From Eledone cirrhosa (Eukaryota): a stretch of 64,000 nt of DNA. The notes below the pieces were generated by a model. That model did no database searches. It was not told the DNA's origin and saw only the letters and a list, made by a program, of their open reading frames with translations. Within the stretch, counting starts at the first letter, position 1, and the number at the start of each line of letters is the position of its first letter. Shown one piece after another: positions 1 to 15,263 of the stretch. The position numbers were made by a program, and so were the translations under genes. Location of the stretch: NCBI GenBank assembly GCA_964016885.1, contig OZ024743.1, positions 240,126,001 to 240,190,000 on the forward strand, in the 5' to 3' direction.

Positions 1-3000
1 TTGTGGTGTTATTGGTGTTGTGCTGTTATTGGTGTTGTGCGTGTTATTGGTGTTGTGGGTGTTGTTGGAGTTGTGGTGTTATTGGTGTTGTGGTGTTATT
101 GGTGATGTGGGTGTTATTGGTACTGTGGTGTTATTGGTGTTGTGGTGTTATTGGTGTTGTGGTGTTATTGGTGTTGTGGTGTTGTGGTGTTATTGGTGTT
201 GTGGTGTTATTGGTGTTGTGGTCTTATTGGTGTTGTTGTGTTATGTGTGTTGTGGTGTTATTGGTGTTGTGGTATTATTGGTGTTGTGGTGTTATTGGTC
301 TTGTGGTGTTATTGGTGTTGTGGTTTTATTTGTGTTGTATTGTTATTGGTGTTGTGGTGTTATTGGTGTTGTGGTGTTATTGGTGTTGTGGTGTTATTGG
401 TGTTGTATTGTTATTGGTGTTCTGGTGTTATTGGTGTTGTGGGTGTTATTGGTGTTGTGGTTTTATTGGTGTTGTGGGTTTTTATTGGTGTCGTGGGTGT
501 TATTGGTGCTGTGGGTGTTATTGGTGTTGTGGTGTTATTGGTGTTGTGGTGTTATTGGTGTTGTATTGTTATTGGTGTTGTGGTATTATTGGTGTTGTAT
601 TGTTATTGGTGTTGTGCTGTTATTGGTGTTGTGGTCTTATTGGTGTTATGGTGTTATTGGTGTTGTGGTGTTATTGGTGTTGTATTGTTATTGGTGTTGT
701 GGTGTTATTGGTGTATTGGTGTTATTGGTGTTGTGGTGTTATTGGTGTTGTATTGTTATTGGTGTTCTGGTGTTATTCGTGTTGTGGGTGTTATTGGTGT
801 TGTGGTGTTATTGGTGTTGTGGGTTTTTGTTGGTGTTGTGGGTGTTATTGGTGTTGTGTGTGTTATTGGTGTTGTGGTGTTATTGGTGTTGTGTTGTTAT
901 TGGTGTTGTATTGTTATTGATGTTGTGGTGTTATTGGTGTTGTGGTATTATTGGTGTTGTATTGTTATTGGTGTTGTGCTATTATTGGTGTTGTGGTCTT
1001 ATTGGTGTTATGGTGTTATTGGTGTTGTGGTGTTATTGGTGTTGTATTGTTATTGGTGTTGTGGTGTTATTGGTCTTGTGGTGTTATTGGTGTTGTGGTG
1101 TTATTGGTATGTGGGTGTTATTGGTGTTGTGGTGTTATTGGTGTTGTGGTCTTATTGGTGTTGTGGTGTTATTGGTGTTGTATTGTTATTAGGTGTTGTG
1201 GTGTTATTGGTGTTGTGGTGTTATTGGTGTTGTGGGTGTTATTGGTGTGGTGGTGTTATTGGTGTTGTGGTGTTATGTGTGTTGTGGGTGTTATTGGTGT
1301 TGTATTGTTATTGGTTTTGTGGTGTTATTGGTGTTATAGTGTAATTGGTGTTGTGGTGTTATTGGTGTTGTGGTGTTATTGGTGTTGTGGGTGTTATTGG
1401 TGTTGTGGTGTTATTGGTGTTGTGGTGTTAATGGTGTTGTGGTGTTATTGGTGTTGTGGTGTTATGTGTGTTGTGGTGTTATTGGTGTTGTGGTGTTATT
1501 GGTGTTGTGGGTGTTATTGGTGTTGTGGGTGTTATTGGTGTTGTGGTGTTATTGGTGTTGTGGTGTTATTGGTGTTGTATTGTTATTGGTGTTGTGGTAT
1601 TATTGGTGTTGTATTGTTATTGGTGTTGTGCTGTTATTGGTGTTGTGGTCTTATTGGTGTTATGGTGTTATTGGTGTTGTGGTGTTATTGGTGTTGTATT
1701 GTTATTGGTGTTGTGGTGTTATTGGTGTATTGGTGTTATTGGTGTTGTGGTGTTATTGGTGTTGTATTGTTATTGGTGTTCTGGTGTTATTCGTGTTGTG
1801 GGTGTTATTGGTGTTGTGGTGTTATTGGTGTTGTGGGTTTTTGTTGGTGTTGTGGGTGTTATTGGTGTTGTGTGTGTTATTGGTGTTGTGGTGTTATTGG
1901 TGTTGTGTTGTTATTGGTGTTGTATTGTTATTGATGTTGTGGTGTTATTGGTGTTGTGGTATTATTGGTGTTGTATTGTTATTGGTGTTGTGCTATTATT
2001 GGTGTTGTGGTCTTATTGGTGTTATGGTGTTATTGGTGTTGTGGTGTTATTGGTGTTGTATTGTTATTGGTGTTGTGGTGTTATTGGTCTTGTGGTGTTA
2101 TTGGTGTTGTGGTGTTATTGGTATGTGGGTGTTATTGGTGTTGTGGTGTTATTGGTGTTGTGGTCTTATTGGTGTTGTGGTGTTATTGGTGTTGTATTGT
2201 TATTAGGTGTTGTGGTGTTATTGGTGTTGTGGTGTTATTGGTGTTGTGGGTGTTATTGGTGTTGTGGATGTTATTGGTGTTGTGGTGTTATTGGTGTTGT
2301 GGTGTTATTGGTGTTGTATTGTTATTGGTGTTGTGTTGTTATTGGTGTTGTGGTATTATTGGTGTTGTATTGTTATTGGTGTTGTGCTGTTATTGGTGTT
2401 GTGGTCTTATTGGTGTTATGGTGTTATTGGTGTTGTGGTGTTATTGGTATTGTATCGTTATTGGTCTTGTGGTGTTATTGGTCTTGTGGTGTTATTGGTG
2501 TTGTGGTGTTATTGGTGTTGTGGTGTTACTGGTGTGTGGGTGTTATTGGTGTTGTGGTGTTATTGGTGTTGTGGTGTTATTGGTGTTGTATTGTTATTGG
2601 TGTTGTGGTGTTATTGGTGTTGTGGTGTTATTGTTGTTGTATTGTTATTGGTGTTGTGGTGTTATTGTTGTTATGGTGTTATTGCGGTTGTGGGTGTTAT
2701 TGGTGTTGTGGTGTTATTGGTGTTGTGGTGTTGTGTGTGTTGTGGGTGTTATTGGTGTTGTATTGTTATTGGTTTTGTGGTGTTATTGGTGTTTTGGTGT
2801 TATTGGTGTTGTGGGTTTTATTGATGCTGTGGGTGTTATTGGTGTTGTGGGTGTTATTGGTGTTGTGGGTGTTATTGGTGTTATGGTGTTATTGGTGTTG
2901 TGGTGTTATTGGTGTTGTGGGTGTTATTGGTGTTGAGGTGTTATTGGTGTTGTGGTGTTATTGGTGTTGTGGTGTTATTGGTGTTGTGGTGTTATGTGTG

Positions 3001-6000
3001 TTGTGGTGTTATTGGTGTTGTGCTGTTATTGGTGTTGTGCGTGTTATTGGTGTTGTGGGTGTTGTTGGAGTTGTGGTGTTATTGGTGTTGTGGTGTTATT
3101 GGTGATGTGGGTGTTATTGGTATTGTGGTGTTATTGGTGTTGTGGTGTTATTGGTGTTGTGGTGTTATTGGTGTTGTGGTGTTGTGGTGTTATTGGTGTT
3201 GTGGTGTTATTGGTGTTGTGGTCTTATTGGTGTTGTTGTGTTATGTGTGTTGTGGTGTTATTGGTGTTGTGGTATTATTGGTGTTGTGGTGTTATTGGTC
3301 TTGTGGTGTTATTGGTGTTGTGGTTTTATTTGTGTTGTATTGTTATTGGTGTTGTGGTGTTATTGGTGTTGTGGTGTTATTGGTGTTGTGGTGTTATTGG
3401 TGTTGTATTGTTATTGGTGTTCTGGTGTTATTGGTGTTGTGGGTGTTATTGGTGTTGTGGTTTTATTGGTGTTGTGGGTTTTTATTGGTGTCGTGGGTGT
3501 TATTGGTGCTGTGGGTGTTATTGGTGTTGTGGTGTTATTGGTGTTGTGGTGTTATTGGTGTTGTATTGTTATTGGTGTTGTGGTATTATTGGTGTTGTAT
3601 TGTTATTGGTGTTGTGCTGTTATTGGTGTTGTGGTCTTATTGGTGTTATGGTGTTATTGGTGTTGTGGTGTTATTGGTGTTGTATTGTTATTGGTGTTGT
3701 GGTGTTATTGGTGTATTGGTGTTATTGGTGTTGTGGTGTTATTGGTGTTGTATTGTTATTGGTGTTCTGGTGTTATTCGTGTTGTGGGTGTTATTGGTGT
3801 TGTGGTGTTATTGGTGTTGTGGGTTTTTGTTGGTGTTGTGGGTGTTATTGGTGTTGTGTGTGTTATTGGTGTTGTGGTGTTATTGGTGTTGTGTTGTTAT
3901 TGGTGTTGTATTGTTATTGATGTTGTGGTGTTATTGGTGTTGTGGTATTATTGGTGTTGTATTGTTATTGGTGTTGTGCTATTATTGGTGTTGTGGTCTT
4001 ATTGGTGTTATGGTGTTATTGGTGTTGTGGTGTTATTGGTGTTGTATTGTTATTGGTGTTGTGGTGTTATTGGTCTTGTGGTGTTATTGGTGTTGTGGTG
4101 TTATTGGTATGTGGGTGTTATTGGTGTTGTGGTGTTATTGGTGTTGTGGTCTTATTGGTGTTGTGGTGTTATTGGTGTTGTATTGTTATTAGGTGTTGTG
4201 GTGTTATTGGTGTTGTGGTGTTATTGGTGTTGTGGGTGTTATTGGTGTGGTGGTGTTATAGGTGTTGTGGTGTTATGTGTGTTGTGGGTGTTATTGGTGT
4301 TGTATTGTTATTGGTTTTGTGGTGTTATTGGTGTTATAGTGTAATTGGTGTTGTGGTGTTATTGGTGTTGTGGTGTTATTGGTGTTGTGGGTGTTATTGG
4401 TGTTGTGGTGTTATTGGTGTTGTGGTGTTAATGGTGTTGTGGTGTTATTGGTGTTGTGGTGTTATGTGTGTTGTGGTGTTATTGGTGTTGTGGTGTTATT
4501 GGTGTTGTGGGTGTTATTGGTGTTGTGGGTGTTATTGGTGTTGTGGTGTTATTGGTGTTGTGGTGTTATTGGTGTTGTGGGTGTTATTGGTATTGTGGTG
4601 TTATTGGTGTTGTGGTGTTATTGGTGCTGTGGGTGTTATTGGTGTTGTGGTGTTATTGGTGTTGTGGTGTTATTGGTGTTGTGGTGTTGTGGTGTTATTG
4701 GTGTTGTGGTGTTATTGGTGTTGTGGTCTTGTTGGTGTTGTTGTGTTATGTGTGTTGTGGTGTTATTGGTGTTGTGGTATTATTGGTGTTGTGGTGTTAT
4801 TGGTCTTGTGGTGTTATTGGTGTTGTGGTTTTATTTGTGTTGTATTGTTATTGGTGTTGTGGTGTTATTGGTGTTGTGGTGTTATTGGTGTTGTGGTGTT
4901 ATTGGTGTTGTATTGTTATTGGTGTTCTGGTGTTGTGGGTGTTATTGGTGTTGTGGTGTTATTGATGTTGTGGGTTTTTATTGGTGTCGTGAGTGTTATT
5001 GGTGTTGTGTGTGTTATTGGTGTTGTGGTGTTATTGGTGTTGTTGTGTTATTGGTGTTGTATTGTTATTGGTGTTGTGGTGTTATTGGTGTTGTGGTATT
5101 ATTGGTGTTGTATTGTTATTGGTGTTGTGCTGTTATTGGTGTTGTCGTCTTATTGGTGTTATGGTGTTATTGGTGTTGTGGTGTTATTGGTGTTGTATTG
5201 TTATTGGTGTTGTGGTGTTATTGGTCTTGTGGTGTTATTGGTGTTGTGGTGTTATTGGTGTTGTGGGTGTTATTGGTGTTGTGGTGTTATTGTTGTTGTG
5301 GTGTTATTGGTGTTGTGGTGTTATTGGTGTTGTATTGTTATTGGTGTTGTGGTGTTATTGGTGTTGTGGTGTTATTGGTGTAGTATTGTTATTGGTGTTG
5401 TGGTGTTATTGTTGTGATGGTGTTATTGCTGTTGTGGGTGTTATTGGTGTTGTGGTGTTATTGGTGTTGTGGTGTTATTGGTGTTGTGGGTGTTATTGGT
5501 GGTGTGGTGTTATTGGTGTAGTGGTGTTATTGGTGTTGTGGTGTTATTGGTGTTGTATTGTTATTGGTGTTGTGGTGTTATTGGTGTTGTGGTGTTATTG
5601 GTGTTGTATTGTTATTGGTGTTGTGTTGTTATTGTTGTTATGGTGTTATTGCTGTTGTGGGTGTTATTGGTGTTGTGGTGTTATTGGTGTTGTGGTGTTA
5701 TTGGTGTTGTGGGTGTTATTGGTGGTGTGGTGTTATTGGTGCAGTGGTGTTATTGGTGTTGTGGTGTTATTGGTGTTGTATTGTTATTGGTGTTGTGTTG
5801 TTATTGTTGTTATGGTGTTATTGCTGTTGTGGGTGTTATTGGTGTTGTGGTGTTATTGGTGTTGTGGTGTTATTGGTGTTGTGGGTGTTATTGGTGGTGT
5901 GGTGTTATTGGTGTAGTGGTGTTATTGGTGTTGTGGTGTTATTGGTGTTGTATTGTTATTGGTGTTGTGGTGTTATTGGTGTTGTGGTGTTATTGGTGTT

Positions 6001-9000
6001 GTATTGTTATTGGTGTTGTGGTGTTATTGGTGTTGTGGGTGTTATTGGTGGTGTGGTGTTATTGGTGTAGTGGTGTTATTGGTGTTGTGGTGTTATTGGT
6101 GTTGTATTGTTATTGGTGTTGTGTTGTTATTGTTGTTATGGTGTTATTGCTGTTGTGGGTGTTATTGGTGTTGTGGTGTTATTGGTGTTGTGGTGTTATT
6201 GGTGTTGTGGGTGTTATTGGTGGTGTGGTGTTATTGGTGTAGTGGTGTTATTGGTGTTGTGGTGTTATTGGTGTTGTATTGTTATTGGTGTTGTGGTGTT
6301 ATTGGTGTTGTGGTGTTATTGGTGTTGTATTGTTATTGGTGTTGTGGTGTTATTGGTGTTGTGGTGTTATTGGTGTTGTGGTGTTATTGGTCTTGTGGTG
6401 TTATTGGTGTTGTGGTGTTATTGGTGTTGTGGTGTTGTGGTGTTATTGGTGTTGTGGTCTTATTGGTGTTGTGGTCTTATTGGTGTTGTTGTGTTATGTG
6501 TGTTGTGTTGTTATTGGTGTTGTGGTATTATTGCTGTTGTGGTGTTATTGGTCTTGTGGTGTTATTGGTGTTGTGGTTTTATTTGTGTTGTATTGTTATT
6601 GGTGTTGTGGTGTTATTGGTGTTGTGGTGTTATTGGTGTTGTGGTGTTATTGGTGTTGTGGTGTTATTGGTGTTGTATTGTTATTGGTTTCTGGTGTTAT
6701 TGGTGTTGTGGTGTTATTGGTGTTGTGGTGTTATTGGTGTTGTTGTGTTATGTGTGTTGTGGTGTTATTGGTGTTGTGGTATTATTGGTGTTGTGGTGTT
6801 ATTGGTGTTGTGGTGTTATTGGTGTTGTGCTGTTATTGGTGTTGTGGTCTTATTGGTGTTATGGTGTTATTGGTGTTGTGGTGTTATTGGTGTTGTATTG
6901 TTATTGGTGTTGTGGTGTTATTGGTGTTGTGGTGTTATTGGTGTTGTGGTGTTGTGGTGTTATTGGTGTTGTGGTGTTATTGGTGTTGTGGTCTTGTTGG
7001 TGTTGTTGTGTTATGTGTGTTGTGGTGTTATTGGTGTTGTGGTATTATTGGTGTTGTGGTGTTATTGGTCTTGTGGTGTTATTGGTGTTGTGGTTTTATT
7101 TGTGTTGTATTGTTATTGGTGTTGTGGTGTTATTGGTGTTGTGGTGTTATTGGTGTTGTGGTGTTATTGGTGTTGTATTGTTATTGGTGTTCTGGTGTTG
7201 TGGGTGTTATTGGTGTTGTGGTGTTATTGATGTTGTGGGTTTTTATTGGTGTCGTGAGTGTTATTGGTGTTGTGTGTGTTATTGGTGTTGTGGTGTTATT
7301 GGTGTTGTTGTGTTATTGGTGTTGTATTGTTATTGGTGTTGTGGTGTTATTGGTGTTGTGGTATTATTGGTGTTGTATTGTTATTGGTGTTGTGCTGTTA
7401 TTGGTGTTGTCGTCTTATTGGTGTTATGGTGTTATTGGTGTTGTGGTGTTATTGGTGTTGTATTGTTATTGGTGTTGTGGTGTTATTGGTCTTGTGGTGT
7501 TATTGGTGTTGTGGTGTTATTGGTGTTGTGGGTGTTATTGGTGTTGTGGTGTTATTGTTGTTGTGGTGTTATTGGTGTTGTGGTGTTATTGGTGTTGTAT
7601 TGTTATTGGTTTTGTGGTGTTATTGGTGTTGTGGTGTTATTGGTGTAGTATTGTTATTGGTGTTGTGGTGTTATTGTTGTGATGGTGTTATTGCTGTTGT
7701 GGGTGTTATTGGTGTTGTGGTGTTATTGGTGTTGTGGGTGTTATTGGTGGTGTGGTGTTATTGGTGTAGTGGTGTTATTGGTGTTGTGGTGTTATTGGTG
7801 TTGTATTGTTATTGGTGTTGTGGTGTTATTGGTGTTGTGGTGTTATTGGTGTTGTATTGTTATTGGTGTTGTGTTGTTATTGTTGTTATGGTGTTATTGC
7901 TGTTGTGGGTGTTATTGGTGTTGTGGTGTTATTGGTGTTGTGGTGTTATTGGTGTTGTGGGTGTTATTGGTGGTGTGGTGTTATTGGTGTAGTGGTGTTA
8001 TTGGTGTTGTGGTGTTATTGGTGTTGTATTGTTATTGGTGTTGTGTTGTTATTGTTGTTATGGTGTTATTGCTGTTGTGGGTGTTATTGGTGTTGTGGTG
8101 TTATTGGTGTTGTGGTGTTATTGGTGTTGTGGGTGTTATTGGTGGTGTGGTGTTATTGGTGTAGTGGTGTTATTGGTGTTGTGGTGTTATTGGTGTTGTA
8201 TTGTTATTGGTGTTGTGGTGTTATTGGTGTTGTGGTGTTATTGGTGTTGTATTGTTATTGGTGTTGTGGTGTTATTGGTGTTGTGGTGTTATTGGTGTTG
8301 TGGTGTTATTGGTCTTGTGGTGTTATTGGTGTTGTGGTGTTATTGGTGTTGTGGTGTTGTGGTGTTATTGGTGTTGTGGTCTTATTGGTGTTGTGGTCTT
8401 ATTGGTGTTGTTGTGTTATGTGTGTTGTGTTGTTATTGGTGTTGTGGTATTATTGCTGTTGTGGTGTTATTGGTCTTGTGGTGTTATTGGTGTTGTGGTT
8501 TTATTTGTGTTGTATTGTTATTGGTGTTGTGGTGTTATTGGTGTTGTGGTGTTATTGGTGTTGTGGTGTTATTGGTGTTGTGGTGTTATTGGTGTTGTAT
8601 TGTTATTGGTTTCTGGTGTTATTGGTGTTGTGGTGTTATTGGTGTTGTGGTGTTATTGGTGTTGTTGTGTTATGTGTGTTGTGGTGTTATTGGTGTTGTG
8701 GTATTATTGGTGTTGTGGTGTTATTGGTGTTGTGGTGTTATTGGTGTTGTGGTGTTATTGGTGTTGTATTGTTATTGGTTTCTGGTGTTATTGGTGTTGT
8801 GGGTGTTATTGGTGTTGTGGTGTTATTGGTGTTGTGGTGTTATTGGTGTTGTATTGTTATTGGTGTTGTGGTGTTATTGGTGTTGTGGTATTATTGGTGT
8901 TGTATTGTTATTGGTGTTGTGCTGTTATTGGTGTTGTGGTCTTATTGGTGTTATGGTGTTATTGGTGTTGTGGTGTTATTGGTGTTGTATTGTTATTGGT

Positions 9001-12000
9001 GTTGTGGTGTTATTGGTGTATTGGTGTTATTGGCGTTGTGGTGTTATTGGTGTTGTATTGTTATGGGTGTTCTGGTGTTATTGGTGTTGTGGTGTTATTG
9101 GTGTGTGGGTGTTATTGGTGTTGTGGTGTTATTGGTGTTGTGGTGTTATTGGTGTTGTGGTGTTATTGGTGTTGTATTGTTATTGGTGTTGTGGTGTTAT
9201 TGGTGTTGTGGTGTTATTGGTGTTGTGGGTGTTATTGGTGTTGTGGTGTTATTGGTGTTGTGGTGTTATGTGTGTTGTGGGTGTTATTGGTGTTGTATTG
9301 TTATTGGTTTTGTGGTGTTATTGGTGTTATGGTGTTATTGGTGTTGTGGTGTTATTGGTGTTGTGGTGTTATTGGTGTTGTGGGTGTTATTGGTGTTGTG
9401 GTGTTATTGGTGTTGTGGTGTTAATGGTGTTGTGGTGTTATTGGTGTTGTGGTGTTATGTGTGTTGTGGTGTTATTGGTGTTGTGTTGTTATTGGTGTTG
9501 TGGGTGTTATTGGTGTTGTGGGTGTTATTGGTGTTGTGGTGTTATTGGTGTTGTCGTGTTATTGGTGTTGTGGGTGTTATTGGTATTGTGGTGTTATTGG
9601 TGTTGTGGTCTTATTGGTGTTGTGGGTGTTATTGGTGTTGTGGTGTTATTGGTGTTGTGTGTTATTGGTGTTGTGGTGTTCTGGTGTTATTGGTGTTGTG
9701 GTGTTATTGCTGTTGTGGTCTTATTGGTGTTGTTGTGTTATGTGTGTTGTGGTTTTATTGGTGTTGTGGTTTTATTTGTGTTGTATTGTTATTGGTGTTG
9801 TGGTGTTATTGGTGTTGTGGTGTTATTGGTGTTATGGTGTTATTGGTGTTGTATTGTTATTGGTGTTCTGGTGTTGTGGGTGTTATTGGTGTTGTGGTGT
9901 TATTGGTGTTGTGGGTTTTTATTGGTGTCATGGGTGTTATTGGTGTTGTGTGTGTTATTGGTGTTGTGGTGTTATTGGTGTTGTGGTGTTATTGGTGTTG
10001 TATTGTTATTGGTGTTGTGGTGTTATTGGTGTTGTGGTATTATTGGTGTTGTATTGTTATTGGTGTTGTGCTGTTATTGGTGTTGTGGTGTTATTGGTGT
10101 TGTGGTGTTATTGGTGTTGTGGGTGTTATTGGTGTTGTGTTGTTATTGGTGTTGTGGTGTTATTGGTGTTGTGGTGTTATTGGTGTTGTATTGTTATTGG
10201 TGTTGTGGTGTTATTGGTGTTGTGGTGTTATTGGTGTTGTATTGTTATTGGTGTTGTGGTGTTATTGTTGTTATGGTGTTATTGCTGTTGTGGGTGTTAT
10301 TGGTGTTGTGGTGTTATTGGTGTTGTCGTGTTATTGGTGTTGTGGGTGTTATTGGTGTTGTGGTGTTATTGGTGTTGTGGTGTTATTGGTGTTGTGGTGT
10401 TATTGGTGTTGTATTGTTATTGGTGTTGTGGTGTTATTGGTGTTGTGGTGTTATTGGTGTTGTGGTGTTATTGGTGTTGTGGTGTTATTGGTGTTGTGGG
10501 TGTTATTGGTGCTGTGGTGTTATTGGTGTTGTCGTGTTATTGGTGTTGTATTGTTATTGGTGTTGTGGTGTTATTGTTGTTATGGTGTTATTGCTGTTGT
10601 GGGTGTTATTGGTGTTGTGGTGTTATTGGTGTTGTGGTGTTATGTGTGTTGTGGGTGTTATTGGTGTTGTATTGTTATTGGTTTTGTGGTGTTATTGGTG
10701 TTATGGTGTTATTAGTGTTGTGGGTGTTATTGGTGTTGTGGTGTTATTGGTGTTGTGGGTGTTATTGGTGTTTTGGTGCTATTGGTGTTGTGGTGTTATT
10801 GGTGTTGCGGGTGTTATTGGTGTTGTGGGTGTTATTGGTGCTGTGGTGTTATTGGTGTTGTGGTGTTATTGGTGTTGTGGTGTTATTGGTGTTGTGGGTG
10901 TTATTGGTGCTGTGGTGTTATTGGTATTGTGGTGTTATTGGTGTTGTGGTGTTATTGGTGTTGGGGTGTTATTGGTGTTGTGGTGTTATTGGTGTTGTGG
11001 TGTTATTGGTGTTGTGGGTGTTATTGGTGTTGTGGGTGTTATTGGTGTTGTGGTGTTATTGGTGTTGTGGGTTTTATTGGTGTTGTGGGTGTTATTGGTG
11101 TTGTGGGTGTTATTGGTGTTGTGGTGTTATTGGTGTTGTGGTGTTATTGGTGTTGTGGGTGTTATTGGTGTTGTGGTGCTATTGGTGTTGTGGTGTTATT
11201 GGTGTTGTGGTGTTATTGGTGTTGTGGTGTTATGTGTGTTGTGGTGTTATTGGTGTTGTGGTGTTACTGGTGTTGTGGTGTTATTGGTGTTGTGTGTGTT
11301 ATTGGTGTTGTGGTGTTATTGGTGTTGTGGTGTTATTGGTGTTGTGGGTGTTATTGGTGTTGTGGGTGTTATTGGTGTTGTGGTGTTATTGGTGTTGTGG
11401 GTTTTATTGGTGTTGTGGGTGTTATTGGTGTTGTGGGTGTTATTGGTGTTGTGGTGTTATTGGTGTTGTGGTGTTATTGGTGTTGTGGGTGTTATTGGTG
11501 TTGTGGTGCTATTGGTGTTGTGGTGTTATTGGTGTTGTGGTGTTATGTGTGTTGTGGTGTTATTGGTGTTGTGGTGTTACTGGTGTTGTGGTGTTATTGG
11601 TGTTGTGTGTGTTATTGGTGTTGTGGTGTTATTGGTGTTGTGGTGTTATTGGTGTTGTGGTGTTGTGGTGTTATTGGTGTTGTGGTGTTATTGGTGTTGT
11701 GGTGTTATGTGTGTTGTGGTGTTATTGGTGTTGTGGTGTTATTGGTGTTGTGGTGTTATTGGTGTTGTGGGTGTTATTGGTGTTATGGTGTTATTGGTGT
11801 TGTGGTGTTATTGGTGTTGTGGTGTTGTGGTGTTATTGGTGTTGTGGTGTTATTGGTGTTGTGATGTTATTGGTGTTGTTGTGTTTTGTGTGTTGTGGTG
11901 TTATTGGTGTTGTGGTGTTATTGGTGTTATGGTGTTATTGGTGTTGTAGTGTTATTGGTGTTGTATTGTTATTGGTGTTGTATTGTTATTGGTGTTGTGG

Positions 12001-12026
12001 TGTTGTGGTCTTATTGGTGTTGTGTG
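1..12026. repeat. 17-bp tandem satellite, consensus TGGTGTTG+TGGTGTTAT (8+9 bp dimer), with higher-order duplications; runs off the window start
   Basis: Continuous GGTGTTATTGGTGTTGT units. Variant patterns recur at offsets of 3000 (lines 61 and 3061 identical), 1014, 2265 and 1922 bp. Confidence 0.98.
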
Positions 12027-12168
12027 TAGAAGAAGATGAGTGTTGCGATTTTTCTATTATTTTTTTCTTTTTTTTGTTTGGTTTGTATAGTTTCATTTCT
12101 ACGTGGTTTTCCTTTTGTTGTTGTATTGGCTTCTGGTGGCTGTCTGCATATAACTATCTATCTATCGA

Positions 12169-13320
<1,152 letters not shown>

Positions 13321-13395
13321 ACAAGGTATTTTACACACAAGAATCATAGCTAAATACAAATAGAGATTCATAATAATAACAATTGCATCGACATT

Positions 13396-13510
13396 TGGCA
13401 CAAGGCCAGCAAATTGAAAGGTAGAGCAAATTCGACTGAATCGACCCCAGTGCGTTACTGGTACATTATTGTATCGACCCCGTAAGGATGAAAGGCAAAT
13501 TTAACCTCTC
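13396..13510 (-). mobile_element. Octopus-type tRNA-derived SINE, 3' part
   Basis: GGCACAAGGCCAGCAA...TCGACCCCAGT...ACTGGTAC...TATCGACCCCGTAAGGATGAAAGGCAAA; homologous to other copies in the window. Confidence 0.75.
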
Positions 13511-13524
13511 ATATTTACGGTGTT

Positions 13525-14025
13525 AATAAAATAAAGTACTAGTAACGTACTGGGGTCGATTTAATCGACTTTTCTCTACCCTCAAATTGTTGGCTTTGTG
13601 TCTAAATCAGAAACCATTATTATTATTAAGGTTGGGCAGGGCGGTGGATTAGTAGTATCAGTAGAGTGTCAGACGTCATGCTTTGCAGCATGGAGTTATG
13701 GCCCTTTACGTTCTGAATTCAAATCCCCCTGAGGTTAACCTTGCCTTTCATCCTTACGAGGTCGATAAAATAAAGAACCGGTCCCGTACTGGGGTCGATT
13801 TAATCGTCTTTTCCCTCTCCCACAATTGCTGGCCCTGTGCCAATATAAGAAAATATTATTTAGGTTGGGTAAAATGCATTTCAGTATTTCATTACGGCTC
13901 TATACATCATGGTTTTAACTCCCGCTGAGGTCACCTTTGCACTTCATCCTTCTGAGGGCGATAAAATAAAATACGAGTCAAGTACTGTACTCAATATAAT
14001 CGACTTCCCCTCCCCCGAAATTATT
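13525..14025 (+). mobile_element. Cluster of three SINE copies/fragments of the same family (near full-length copy ~13640-13855)
   Basis: Repeated CCTTTCATCCTT..G.GGTCGATAAAATAAA...GTACTGGGGTCGATTTAATCG, and a B-box-like TTCAAATCC at ~13717. Confidence 0.75.
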
Positions 14026-14273
14026 GATAATCTGCTGTATTAGAGAATGCTCTCTGTTATGTAGTTGTGGGTCTTTCTGCGTTCAAATCACTCTTATGTC
14101 CACTCTGACTATCATCCTTCTGGTTTCGATAAAATGTATTTCTACGCAGGTAACAAAATATTTGTCACGAATAATTGAAAAAGAGAGACAGAGAGATATA
14201 TATATATATGCGTGTGGGGGAGGGTGTAAAAGAATGATTAACATGAATAAGCGATATAATAGGGTTTTATTTA

Positions 14274-14316
<43 letters not shown>

Positions 14317-14903
14317 GAGAATTAGATGAGTGTTTTATTTGTATCTGTTGTTGGTCTTTTGTGTGTGTGTTTTTTTTTCGATCAACTATTTTTTCCCCTC
14401 TAAATATAACACCGGAATAGAAGTAAGATTTAAATGGCATTTGGATTACTGCCATAGAAATACGAAAGACAATTGAATCTATCGAGAAATGAATAAATAA
14501 AACAGAAACTCCGGTTTCAATTCCCCGGTTTCAAAATAAAAGATTCAAATATAGAGAAAAATAATGAAGAAGATTTGTGTCATATGAAATATTTAGTATG
14601 GGGAAACTGGTGCAACAAAATAACAAACGTTATCAGCCAGCCAACCAACAGACCGGCTAACCAGGAAATGCTGCATCTAACGAGGATGTAAATACAGAAA
14701 CTAATACAAGGAAGTAACTCAAAGGGCAGCTTCCGTATAGTCGCGTTTCAGTCTCATGCTTTTTCCTTTTTGCTTTTTTATTTATAGGACTACCTTTCTT
14801 TCTTTTGCCTTCTTTCCCTTTCTATCTCTTTTCCTTTTTTTCCAATCTTCAGTAATTTGTAGGAATTGGCAATATAACTTTGTGCTATATATATATATAT
14901 ATA

Positions 14904-14947
<44 letters not shown>

Positions 14948-15071
14948 TCTCTTCTCTCTCTCTCTGTATATATATATATATATATATATATTATTGATAG
15001 ACAAGATGGTATATATATATGTATATAGTGCGATGTAATGTCGTCCAATCCTGCAAAATAGGTGAGTATGA

Positions 15072-15177
<106 letters not shown>

Positions 15178-15216
15178 TAAATCAAGGAACGCCTACATAC
15201 TTATACAATTTTCATT

Positions 15217-15263
15217 CGCTAACAATGTTTCATCCATACCGTGGGTCAGAGTTCCTCAGAGCG
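15217..15263 (-). ncRNA. Candidate degenerate minimal hammerhead
   Basis: Minus strand CGCT-CTGAGGA-ACTCTGACCCACGGTATGGAT-GAAA-CATTG-TT-AGCG: 4-bp stem I, intact core, weak stem II, GUU triplet. Confidence 0.5.
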
